A stretch of 64,000 nt of DNA from a virus (lineage: Duplodnaviria; Caudoviricetes). The position numbers were made by a program, and so were the translations under genes. Within the stretch, counting starts at the first letter, position 1. Every line of letters begins with the position of its first letter. Shown in pieces: positions 8,289 through 16,178 of this stretch. The stretch covers positions 11,622-75,621 of IMG/VR virus record IMGVR_UViG_3300008114_000194; one strand, given 5' to 3'. The notes under the pieces are model-generated. The model saw only the letters and a list, made by a program, of their open reading frames with translations. It made no database searches and was not told where the DNA came from.

Positions 8289-8612
8289 ATGGAACTTGCA
8301 CTTTATCTCATTGCTGGATTTATTGCAGGTGCGTGGATAGCACGTAGGATCTATCACTATCTCTTGATGCGTCGCGCACAACGGTTGATCCACGACATGT
8401 CACAGGTAGCAGACATCTTGGTCATAGCACAGGTAGAGCAAGTGGATGACATGTTTTTTGTCTACAACGAAAACACCCAAGAGTTTCTAGCACAAGGACG
8501 TACCTGGGAAGAAATACGCACACATTTCAAAAGTCGTTTTCCTGGCAAGGTTTGTGCCATAGATCAACAAACAGCAGATGCCATTCCCAGACTGACCACG
8601 GTATCAGAATAA
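8289..8612 (+). CDS. Membrane-anchored hypothetical protein
   Basis: N-terminal TM helix; FFVYNENTQEFLAQG motif. Confidence 0.75.
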   Translation: MELALYLIAGFIAGAWIARRIYHYLLMRRAQRLIHDMSQVADILVIAQVEQVDDMFFVYNENTQEFLAQGRTWEEIRTHFKSRFPGKVCAIDQQTADAIPRLTTVSE

Positions 8613-8649
8613 TCCAAGCCGGGCCACAGCGGGTACTAAGTACCTGAGT

Positions 8650-8892
8650 ATGCAACTATCACTTGACTTTGATCAAATTGACTCACGTTCAGCCGAAAGT
8701 TTCAACCACGCACAGCGTACTTTCAAACCTTTTGGCGAACTGGATCCGGTGATACAGTGGTGCCGCCAAAATCTCACAGCAGACTGGCGTTGGCAAATGG
8801 TATCCTTGCCCAACGATCGTGACCCCGGCGACTACATCTTTTATTTCGATTCAGAAGAAGATTACTTTTTGTTTACTATGAGATGGCGATGA
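8650..8892 (+). CDS. Phage hypothetical protein
   Basis: WC.......W......YIFYFDSEEDYFLF.MRW pattern. Confidence 0.75.
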   Translation: MQLSLDFDQIDSRSAESFNHAQRTFKPFGELDPVIQWCRQNLTADWRWQMVSLPNDRDPGDYIFYFDSEEDYFLFTMRWR

Positions 8893-9620
8893 CCGACTCC
8901 TACCAGATCTACAATCAAGACTGTGTGGAGGGTATGCAACAGCACGTCTTGGACAATTCCGTGGACATGATTTTCACTGATCCACCCTATGGCATCGCGG
9001 GGGATCAACTGGACACACACTACAATCGCGATGAATCCAAGGTCATTGGTGGCTATGTAGACGTGCCACGTGATCAGTATGGTGCCTGGTGCAGTACCTG
9101 GATTCGGGAATGTGAGCGTGTGTTGCGTCCCGGCGGCTCAATCTACATCGTGAGTGGCTACTCAAATCTGCATCATATCTTGAATGCTCTGCATGAAACT
9201 GAACTCGAAGAAATCAATCACATCATAGCACAGTACACCTTTGGTGTCTACACCAAACGGAAATGGGTCAGCAGTCATTATCACGTGTTGTTCTGGGCCA
9301 AACCCCAAACTAGAAAACAGCCACGCACCTTTAACACACACTGCAGATTCGACGACACCACTGAATCCTACAACGATCGGCTGAGTGTTCAAAATCTGCC
9401 TAGGGAGTACAAGACCGGTGAGATACGCAACAACAATCAGTTAGCAGAAACATTTATCCGAAAATTCATTGACTACAGCACCAATGCCGGCGACTTGGTT
9501 TTGGATCCCTTTGGTGGATCATTCTCCACAGGTCGCGCTGTGTTGGCCATGGATCGCAGATTCATTGGCTTTGAACTCAACCCCCAGGCCTACCAGCATT
9601 TTGGTCCGACCCTAGGTTAG
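8883..9620 (+). CDS. Second DNA N6/N4 methyltransferase (beta class); start likely 8889
   Basis: DMIFTDPPY, RVLRPGGSIY, LVLDPFGGSFST. Confidence 0.93.
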   Translation: MAMTDSYQIYNQDCVEGMQQHVLDNSVDMIFTDPPYGIAGDQLDTHYNRDESKVIGGYVDVPRDQYGAWCSTWIRECERVLRPGGSIYIVSGYSNLHHILNALHETELEEINHIIAQYTFGVYTKRKWVSSHYHVLFWAKPQTRKQPRTFNTHCRFDDTTESYNDRLSVQNLPREYKTGEIRNNNQLAETFIRKFIDYSTNAGDLVLDPFGGSFSTGRAVLAMDRRFIGFELNPQAYQHFGPTLG

Positions 9621-9707
9621 TACCCACTAACCTAGCGGTTACAGAGCGGTTGACCAAAAATTCCCGTTTTGCTATAATATGGGTATAGTAAACAAACAGG
9701 AGCCACA
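9612..9707 (+). promoter_or_regulatory. Hairpin plus early promoter-leader-RBS cassette
   Basis: CTAGGTTAGT-accc-ACTAACCTAG; TTGACC 9650-9655, N17, TATAAT 9673-9678; AGGAG RBS. Confidence 0.85.
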
Positions 9708-9908
9708 GTGGCATATACCGTTTTCAAGCACTCCAAAGAGTTTGGTCCGCGTCAGGGTCTAGAAGGCCCTTTCCACTATCCCAACGGTCGTGTGCTGTAC
9801 TATGATGCCCGTGCCGGTGAGTACTATGACCCCTTGACGGACTTTTATGTTCCTCGTGAAGAAGTCACCGATCTGCAGGCCACCATACTCAAAGTCTTGG
9901 CAGGTTGA
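9708..9908 (+). CDS. Phage hypothetical protein (GTG start)
   Basis: Promoter and RBS; GLEGPF...GRVLYYD...G.YYDP.TDFYV motif. Confidence 0.8.
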   Translation: MAYTVFKHSKEFGPRQGLEGPFHYPNGRVLYYDARAGEYYDPLTDFYVPREEVTDLQATILKVLAG

Positions 9909-9963
9909 CCAAAAATTCCCTTTTTGCTATACTAAGCATATCGTAACCAATCAGGAGATCGCA
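9903..9963 (+). promoter_or_regulatory. Early promoter-leader-RBS cassette
   Basis: GGTTGACCAAAAATTCCCTTTTTGCTATACT...CAGGAG. Confidence 0.85.
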
Positions 9964-10239
9964 GTGCCTACCATCAACGAAATCAATATTGAGATCATGC
10001 AGGGTAATTTTACCAACGATCAACTCAATGCCATTGGCCAGGCCATCAAGTTCCGCCGGCGCCAGATTGGCAGAGATTTGAAAGTGTCAATCCGCGTGGG
10101 CGATACTGTGAAGTTTTATCACCCCAAACTGGGCCAGGATCTGCAGGGTCCGGTGACCCGTGTCAAGATCAAGAACATCTTGGTCAACACTGCTCGCGGT
10201 ATGTACAATGTGCCAGCCAATCTCCTGGAGCGGGTATAA
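9964..10239 (+). CDS. Hypothetical protein with C-terminal SH3/KOW-like barrel (start revised to GTG 9964)
   Basis: IRVGDTVKF...GPVTRVK.KNILV...YNVPANLL; RBS position. Confidence 0.7.
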   Translation: MPTINEINIEIMQGNFTNDQLNAIGQAIKFRRRQIGRDLKVSIRVGDTVKFYHPKLGQDLQGPVTRVKIKNILVNTARGMYNVPANLLERV

Positions 10240-10541
10240 TGGGACAGGTGCTGGCTATGTTTCCCGAAGTGGCTGCCGATAGACTGGACAGTCGTGGCTA
10301 TGACATTCCTGCCAAGACTGTGATGGCCTTGGAACGCTATGTGTTTGAAAGCCGCAGTCCAGGGTCGTTCTTGACTGCGGTGCTCAGCAACGATCTGCAG
10401 ATGGCTGTGGTATATGCCGATGATGACAACTTGGCTCTACTCAAGCCCATCTGTCAGTTCGTTTTCAATCGGTTGCCCAGTGTCTGCTGGGGATCCGAAA
10501 CAGCGGTAGAACTGCATCTCAAACAAGGTTTACAGGTTTAA
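10239..10541 (+). CDS. Phage hypothetical protein
   Basis: PGSFLTAVLSNDL..AV..AD..N...L motif; TAATG overlap. Confidence 0.75.
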   Translation: MGQVLAMFPEVAADRLDSRGYDIPAKTVMALERYVFESRSPGSFLTAVLSNDLQMAVVYADDDNLALLKPICQFVFNRLPSVCWGSETAVELHLKQGLQV

Positions 10542-10560
10542 TTTCAACTCTGGAGGCATT

Positions 10561-10695
10561 ATGAAAATCTTTATTGCATTCGTAGCAGGCATCATCATAG
10601 GTGGGGCAGGCGTGACATTTTCAGATGTGGCACGCATTGCCGATCGCGGCGTAGATTCCGCCAAGGCAGTGGTCAAAGACTCGGTGAAACAATAA
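10561..10695 (+). CDS. Small membrane protein (44 aa)
   Basis: GGAGG RBS; MKIFIAFVAGIIIGGAGVTFSDVAR... Confidence 0.7.
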   Translation: MKIFIAFVAGIIIGGAGVTFSDVARIADRGVDSAKAVVKDSVKQ

Positions 10696-10874
10696 TGGAC
10701 GGCATCGAGACTTGGCTTACCTTGGAAGATATGCAACGGATCTGGAGTGTGGTCATGCAAAATGCTCCAGAAGTGCTGGCATCTGAAGATGAACTAACAG
10801 AGTTCCATCGAGTGGTGGAACTTGCGGCGCAGATCAAGTATGGTGTGCAACCAGCACCGGAGGCCATACAATGA
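10695..10874 (+). CDS. Hypothetical protein (59 aa)
   Basis: Manual translation MDGIETWLTLEDMQRIW...PEAIQ; TAATG overlap. Confidence 0.65.
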   Translation: MDGIETWLTLEDMQRIWSVVMQNAPEVLASEDELTEFHRVVELAAQIKYGVQPAPEAIQ

Positions 10875-10969
10875 TCTACAGTTGGCTGATTATCATAGCA
10901 TTGAGCTTTACCGCTTACTGGTATGTTGGTGTTATCGCAGCTTTATGGCTGATAGCCCTGGGATACTAG
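10871..10969 (+). CDS. Small hydrophobic protein (32 aa)
   Basis: MIYSWLIIIALSFTAYWYVGVIAALWLIALGY; GGAGG RBS; ATGA overlap. Confidence 0.55.
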   Translation: MIYSWLIIIALSFTAYWYVGVIAALWLIALGY

Positions 10970-10971
10970 GC

Positions 10972-11032
10972 GGTTGACCAGAAAATGGTAATCTGCTATA
11001 ATATGGGTATAGTGAACAACAAGGAGCCAACC
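10972..11032 (+). promoter_or_regulatory. Early promoter-leader-RBS cassette
   Basis: GGTTGACC-N17-TATAAT-ATGGGTATAGTGAAC..AAGGAG; leader nearly identical to the 9650 copy. Confidence 0.85.
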
Positions 11033-11677
11033 ATGAAACCACGCACAGCACAGCCCAAGGTAGAAATCACCATTGAGCAGGCCTTTGCCCTGTCGGCTCG
11101 TGTGCATCGTGAACTGGGTGGCTATTTCAAAGATGGTGATGTGACCCCGGGAACCATAAGCAACAAGGTCCGGCTGTTGCAGTATATCATTGACGGTGAC
11201 AAGGCCACCGAAGCCGATCTTGCTCGTGGTAAAGAACTGCTGGCTCATTGCCGTGGCCTGATAATGAAAAAATTGGCCAACGACATCAACCAGTATGACA
11301 GCGTGATTCTAGAAGTGGCCAATCGTGACACCATCACAGATGCGGATCGATATCATCTGGCTTTGCTGGCGTCAGTGCCACAGACTGTGGCTCGTGTGGA
11401 ACAGCACCGTCAGCAGGAAGAAAAGATCGCTGATCGTGCCCAGTCATATCTGGGCGCAGTGGGTACCAAAGTCACTGCTGATATCGAAGTGGTGCGAAGC
11501 AACTTCAGCGTGAACTATGGTGTGTTCTTTACCACGGCCAAGACCGATCAAGGTTGTGTGGCGTTTTTTGCCTACAAAGAACAACTCAAGCCAGGACGCT
11601 ATAGCATCCGTGGCACAGTCAAAGCACATCGCGATGACTATCAGACTCAACTGAACCGTGTAAAGGTCCTGTCATGA
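11033..11677 (+). CDS. Hypothetical protein with C-terminal OB-fold-like domain (start revised to 11033)
   Basis: YLGAVGTKV...IRGTVKAH...QTQLNRVKV; RBS position. Confidence 0.75.
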   Translation: MKPRTAQPKVEITIEQAFALSARVHRELGGYFKDGDVTPGTISNKVRLLQYIIDGDKATEADLARGKELLAHCRGLIMKKLANDINQYDSVILEVANRDTITDADRYHLALLASVPQTVARVEQHRQQEEKIADRAQSYLGAVGTKVTADIEVVRSNFSVNYGVFFTTAKTDQGCVAFFAYKEQLKPGRYSIRGTVKAHRDDYQTQLNRVKVLS

Positions 11678-12015
11678 GCAAGCAAGTAGCCGTGATGTGG
11701 GACTGTTATGGCCTGGAGTCTGCGGTTCGTATCGACGACTTTGACCAACAGCGTGTGTTGGCCATATTGAAAGGTGAAAATCCCAACAAGGTACCCTTGC
11801 CTTTGAATCTCACTGTGTGGCAACTCCGCGCACAGGTCAATAGTCACAGGCACTATGAGATCTATGTGATTGAAACCACAGATGATGTTTCGGTACAAGA
11901 CATAGTGGATGCTTTCGAACGTGCGCCGCAGGCCATGGCCGACCGTGTGCGTGAAATTGGTCACAAGATCTATGGTCATCGAGTGGCCCGGGACGAAAAG
12001 GTGCTGATCCGATGA
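11674..12015 (+). CDS. Phage hypothetical protein
   Basis: ATGA-coupled ORF, VMWDCYGLE motif. Confidence 0.75.
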   Translation: MSKQVAVMWDCYGLESAVRIDDFDQQRVLAILKGENPNKVPLPLNLTVWQLRAQVNSHRHYEIYVIETTDDVSVQDIVDAFERAPQAMADRVREIGHKIYGHRVARDEKVLIR

Positions 12016-12019
12016 TAAA

Positions 12020-12092
12020 GGAATTTGGTTTGGTCAAAACTGAGATTTTGGCCAAATCCAATGTTGACAGGAAAATCCATTCCTGTTATAGT
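12020..12092 (+). promoter_or_regulatory. Hairpin plus early promoter
   Basis: TTTGGTCAAAA-ctgaga-TTTTGGCCAAA; TTGACA 12064-12069, N17, TATAGT 12087-12092. Confidence 0.7.
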
Positions 12093-12147
12093 AGTGGTAC
12101 AGTGACAGTGTCGCTGATTTTTTCAACTTTGATAAGTGAGGCATAGT

Positions 12148-12486
12148 ATGGACAAGAAGTTTACAGCAGTTGGTATTACAACCAAAAATGGTATCACCAA
12201 AGTGCGTTTTGCAACCGACTCTGTGGCGCGCCAAAAGTCGTACATTGGCCTGGGTCATAGCATCGCTCTGTTTGAGGACCTTGAGCGCCCAATGTCTAAA
12301 CTGGAAATCCTGCAGATGCTGGATGGCCGCAAGTTAGAAGGCGACGCTGGTTTTGCAGTCAGCAACAAACTGGCTGAAATGACCCGCTCTGTTAAAAAGG
12401 GCGAAGTCAAGGTCAAGGCTACCAAGCCTGCGGCTCGTCCCACAGCCAAGGCCACTGCCAAGTCTGGTGTAGCAGTAGAAGCCTAA
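12148..12486 (+). CDS. Hypothetical protein with Lys/Ala/Pro-rich basic tail
   Basis: GAGG RBS before ATG 12148; tail KVKATKPAARPTAKATAK. Confidence 0.75.
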   Translation: MDKKFTAVGITTKNGITKVRFATDSVARQKSYIGLGHSIALFEDLERPMSKLEILQMLDGRKLEGDAGFAVSNKLAEMTRSVKKGEVKVKATKPAARPTAKATAKSGVAVEA

Positions 12487-12504
12487 ACTGCTGGTGCTTG
12501 AAGC

Positions 12505-12531
12505 AAAAAGGATCCGCAAGGATCCTTTTTT
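12505..12531. terminator. Intrinsic terminator (bidirectional form)
   Basis: AAAAAGGATCC-GCAA-GGATCCTTTTTT. Confidence 0.9.
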
Positions 12532-12548
12532 GTTGGCTAAATAAAAGT

Positions 12549-12770
12549 GTGCCACATCTCAAGGATTACGACCTTACCGAAGAGCAACTCACAAGATTTG
12601 CGGCTGTGCTTGGTACCCTGGTCGAACTAGAAGTTGAAACCATACATATGGGCAGTTTACTGAGATTGATTGGAGTGCCGGAATCCTTGGCACAAGAGTT
12701 TGATCAAGAAACTGTGGCCATCGATTCCGAAACACTGGATCAACTAGAACAACAACCTTATCTACATTAA
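12549..12770 (+). CDS. Acidic hypothetical protein (GTG start)
   Basis: Late promoter CTAAATA 12537-12543 directly upstream. Confidence 0.6.
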   Translation: MPHLKDYDLTEEQLTRFAAVLGTLVELEVETIHMGSLLRLIGVPESLAQEFDQETVAIDSETLDQLEQQPYLH

Positions 12771-12992
12771 ATGACAGAACCCATGTATCTCGTGATAGCA
12801 CGAGGTACTGATGCCGCCCAAAAACTCAAACATTGGGCCAACAGTAACCGAGTCAAACACACCATCCAGGGCAACCGTCTGGGACTCTTGGATGACCACA
12901 GTCTTACCAAATTTCAAATGACCTGGCCACACAGTTGGGACACCGTCACAGTGTGGGACAGTTGGAACAAAAGACACATCAATAACGCCTAA
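12771..12992 (+). CDS. Hypothetical protein
   Basis: Abuts the upstream stop. Confidence 0.7.
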   Translation: MTEPMYLVIARGTDAAQKLKHWANSNRVKHTIQGNRLGLLDDHSLTKFQMTWPHSWDTVTVWDSWNKRHINNA

Positions 12993-13054
12993 AAACGTTG
13001 ACATCTGCAGCAAGTTCGTATAAATTATTATTATCGTAACCGGAGAAACACACC

Positions 13055-13726
13055 ATGCAAATCGCAATGGCCGCCGAGGCCCTTAATACCAAATTACTAC
13101 AGGTTTTAAAACTACTCACACAAGGTCTTGCAGTGACCATGCTCATGGCCGCAGGTATCGCGGCAGTGCCAGGCCTGGCGCAGGCCATATTCACAGGCAT
13201 CCTGGGCTACATCGTTATCTTCATGCCCTTGATCCTGAGTTTGTTTTTGATGTTCCGTATGGAACAACTGACCACACCACAACTGAAATACAGTTTCTGG
13301 GCTTTTTCCATAAGTTTTGGTATCAGCTTGAGTTTGATTTTTTCAGTGTTTACCGCAGCCAGTATCGTGCAGAGCCTGTTGATAACCACAGTGAGTTTTG
13401 GTGCCTTGGCTGGTTGGGGATATTTTACCCGACGTGACTTGACCAGCATGGGCGGATTCCTGTTCGCCGGAGTGATAGCCTTGATCTTGATTGGCCTGTT
13501 CAACATTTGGTTTGGCAGTTCACTGCTACAGACCATCATCAATGTTTTGGCAGTGGGCATATTCCTGGGCTTGACTGCGTACGATATGCAACAGATCCGC
13601 AATCAACTGTGGGCCAGCGACAGCGACCTAGAAGATCGTATCATTGTTATCGGAGCCTTGAGCTTGTTTATCAACTACATCAATATCTTTGTGAATCTCG
13701 TACAACTGTTGGGCAATCGCGAATGA
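13055..13726 (+). CDS. yccA: Bax inhibitor-1/YccA family membrane protein
   Basis: ~7 TM segments; YFTRRDLTSMGGFL, GLTAYDMQQI, GALSLFINYINIFVNL signature; GGAG RBS; upstream TTGACA promoter ~12998. Confidence 0.9.
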   Translation: MQIAMAAEALNTKLLQVLKLLTQGLAVTMLMAAGIAAVPGLAQAIFTGILGYIVIFMPLILSLFLMFRMEQLTTPQLKYSFWAFSISFGISLSLIFSVFTAASIVQSLLITTVSFGALAGWGYFTRRDLTSMGGFLFAGVIALILIGLFNIWFGSSLLQTIINVLAVGIFLGLTAYDMQQIRNQLWASDSDLEDRIIVIGALSLFINYINIFVNLVQLLGNRE

Positions 13727-13932
13727 CAGATCAACCTCAAAGAAAGTTCACCACAGGTGTGGCCCGTGATGTCACTGACTCGGCCAACCTGTTGGCTGAA
13801 ATGCCACAACAGATACGTGAGTGGATGAATCTTCGCCAGGGACAGTTTCAGCATCGTGTGGAAAAAAATGGTGCTGTAGTGATCCAACCCGACCTGCCCG
13901 AAGACACAGATATTCCGCCCGATAATGGTTGA
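13723..13932 (+). CDS. Small protein, possibly AbrB/SpoVT-like (start revised to 13723)
   Basis: MPQQIREWMNLRQG...VEKNGAVVIQP resembles the swapped-hairpin pattern; ATGA overlap. Confidence 0.55.
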   Translation: MTDQPQRKFTTGVARDVTDSANLLAEMPQQIREWMNLRQGQFQHRVEKNGAVVIQPDLPEDTDIPPDNG

Positions 13933-14362
13933 AATGGTTGAATTAGACAAACTAGATCCTTGGGACTTGCCCTCGGTTGATATTGCCAGTTTATCGGTAT
14001 CAGACATTGGTGCCTTGAACGCCACAGTTTTCACTGGTAATGGCAGTTATAACTATACCAGTCCTACCTATACCAGTCCTACCTATACCTACAACCCAGG
14101 TCCTTGGACCATATCCAATGACTATATCTCCAAAACACAGGACATCCAACTGGAAGATGGCGCGGACATCAAGCTTGGTGATGTGAGTCTAAAACAAACA
14201 CTGAAAGAAATCGCAGATAGATTGGCCATCTTGGTACCCGATGCCAAACTAGAACGTGAGTATGAAGAACTGCGCCAGGCACGCGAGCACTATGAGCACG
14301 TGAAGCAAAAATTAACCGTGCTGGAAAAACTGAAAAATACCCCAGTTGAACTGTCCCGATAA
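13925..14362 (+). CDS. Phage hypothetical protein with low-complexity linker and C-terminal coiled coil
   Basis: YTSPTYTSPTY repeat; DIKLGDVSLKQTL...LEREYEELRQA. Confidence 0.75.
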   Translation: MVEMVELDKLDPWDLPSVDIASLSVSDIGALNATVFTGNGSYNYTSPTYTSPTYTYNPGPWTISNDYISKTQDIQLEDGADIKLGDVSLKQTLKEIADRLAILVPDAKLEREYEELRQAREHYEHVKQKLTVLEKLKNTPVELSR

Positions 14363-14411
14363 CCCTGACACTATCCAGGTTATTCCATTGACCAAAAAAT
14401 CCCTTTATGCT
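14360..14411 (+). promoter_or_regulatory. Hairpin plus early promoter
   Basis: TAACCCTG...CCAGGTTA hairpin, then TTGACCAAAAAATCCCTTTATGCTATACT. Confidence 0.8.
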
Positions 14412-14446
14412 ATACTTGTTTTCTAGCATAGTTTCTGGAGAACCTG

Positions 14447-14656
14447 ATGGTAGAATGGATATTGGTAATGATCTGGGCAACTGCGCCTGATCAGCCGCAA
14501 CAGCGACAAGTGATATATGGTCCAGGCCAGACTTATAGTGTGCCCAGTCAAGCGGACTGCGAATACGCGGCCCACACAAGACAGAAGTTTCTTTGGGTCA
14601 GCGATTGGCCCTACAAACCCTATACCAAATTTGTGTGCGAGACCATACAGAAATAA
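14447..14656 (+). CDS. Small secreted/membrane protein with two Cys
   Basis: MVEWILVMIW...DCEYAA...FVCE; GGAG RBS. Confidence 0.7.
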   Translation: MVEWILVMIWATAPDQPQQRQVIYGPGQTYSVPSQADCEYAAHTRQKFLWVSDWPYKPYTKFVCETIQK

Positions 14657-14724
14657 ATCATGATCTTAGGTCGTTTGAATTTTATTTTTATGCTATTATC
14701 TATTGACCATCTGGGGAGATATCA

Positions 14725-15117
14725 ATGACCATGCACTTGGAAGGACCCTGGCTTACTACCACAGGCAAATGGCGCACCAAACGCCGCAAGTATGCCTCAG
14801 CGGCGGCCGCACAGCAAGAACGCGAACTCCGCACCGAATGGCAACAACGACAGACCGAATGGGCCAAGTTGGCTCCCAGGTTCGCTAACAGTAAATTCCA
14901 AGTCGCGCCCGCTAGGCCAGTGTCGCCGCAGTATCCACCCGGACGCGAGCCCGAGGCCATACCCAGCAAGGCAGATACTGTGGGAATAGCTGCCAGGCCC
15001 GCTGACAAGGTATATACTGGTACCAAGATCAAAGGCATTGGTACTCTGCACAAATCCAACGCAGTGCCCATATTCACCGACGACGAAGCCATTGACATAG
15101 CACACATGAGGAGATAG
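14725..15117 (+). CDS. Conserved myophage hypothetical protein
   Basis: C-terminal YTGTKIKGIGTLHKSNAVPIF..EAIDIAHMRR motif, recalled from T4-like phages. Confidence 0.8.
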   Translation: MTMHLEGPWLTTTGKWRTKRRKYASAAAAQQERELRTEWQQRQTEWAKLAPRFANSKFQVAPARPVSPQYPPGREPEAIPSKADTVGIAARPADKVYTGTKIKGIGTLHKSNAVPIFTDDEAIDIAHMRR

Positions 15118-15119
15118 CA

Positions 15120-15416
15120 ATGAAAGCAATGATAATCAGTCTAGCACTTGTAGCAACACCTGCGGCAGCAGATCCAGGTCTGCTGAAGAAATACAACTGC
15201 ACGGCCTGCCACGCGCCTGCCACAAAATTGGTAGGCCCTGCCTATGCAGAAGTGGCCAAGAAATATGCTGGCCAAGCCGATGCTGTGGCTCGTTTGAGCG
15301 CCAAGATCAAATCAGGTGGTTCCGGAGTATGGGGCGCAATACCCATGCCTCCGCACCCACAGGTGTCAGATGCAGACGCGCAAAAAATGGCCTCTCATGT
15401 GCTGGGTCTCAAATAA
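15120..15416 (+). CDS. Class I cytochrome c (c551/c552-like) with Sec signal peptide
   Basis: Signal peptide ending ..AAA; CTACH heme-binding motif; KLVGPAY; GGSGVWG.IPMPP with axial Met; GAGGAG RBS. Confidence 0.95.
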   Translation: MKAMIISLALVATPAAADPGLLKKYNCTACHAPATKLVGPAYAEVAKKYAGQADAVARLSAKIKSGGSGVWGAIPMPPHPQVSDADAQKMASHVLGLK

Positions 15417-15433
15417 TCTCCAGGCAGTATCAA

Positions 15434-16177
15434 ATGAGTTTTGGTACATTTGATCCTCCCGCGATTATAGCGCCTGCACCTATACAAAAGGCTGTGCAAC
15501 AACAGCACCTGGAGTTTTGCGATAAACTTCGGCACCAAATGTTTTATGGCACCATCAGCCAGAGAGGAAAAGATGGCAGAACCTACAACTACATCGATTC
15601 CAACGGAGAATACGTATCTTCTTTTTTGAGCCCATACAATGCCCAGTTGCTGGATAACGTGGAGCCCTTGATCAGACCATTGATTGCTGTGTTGATCAAC
15701 AAGGGATATCTAACTGCAGGATCGTGCCAGGGCCACCCCGAAGATTACAAGTTTGACAGATGGGTCACAGTGGCATTTATCAGCCAGGAGGAAAGGAAAA
15801 AATTTATTGACACCGTAGATGGTTTTGGATTGCCCGTTTATTGGTATTTTAATTTCTTAAATTTTAAAGAATCTCCTAAGTCGCCAGAAACACGGGATGG
15901 TTATACCATGTCCGTGAATATTTTAGATGTGATACCGGGCACAGTGGATGCACAGCAAAAACTAAAATATTCCAGGAAAGATCTTACTGAATACTGGAAT
16001 ATTATGTTTTCAAGAAACTACAGTGAATATCATGCTGTCAAGATGTGTATATGTTCTTGCCCGGGAGACATTTCTTTTTATACCAAAATCAAAATTGGTT
16101 TACAATGGCCATTTAGGAACTATTACACCAATAAACTGGTATTGAAATTGCAAACTTTAGAAAAATACGAGTGGTAA
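15434..16177 (+). CDS. AT-rich hypothetical protein (start revised to 15434)
   Basis: 248-codon ORF; IRPLIAVL.NKGY.TAGSCQGH motif. Confidence 0.7.
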   Translation: MSFGTFDPPAIIAPAPIQKAVQQQHLEFCDKLRHQMFYGTISQRGKDGRTYNYIDSNGEYVSSFLSPYNAQLLDNVEPLIRPLIAVLINKGYLTAGSCQGHPEDYKFDRWVTVAFISQEERKKFIDTVDGFGLPVYWYFNFLNFKESPKSPETRDGYTMSVNILDVIPGTVDAQQKLKYSRKDLTEYWNIMFSRNYSEYHAVKMCICSCPGDISFYTKIKIGLQWPFRNYYTNKLVLKLQTLEKYEW

Positions 16178-16178
16178 A

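Noticed and set aside
14659-14727. 22-aa ORF MILGRLNFIFMLLSIDHLGRYQ
   Set aside because: No RBS; it overlaps an AT-rich extended -10 promoter-like sequence and the RBS of 14725
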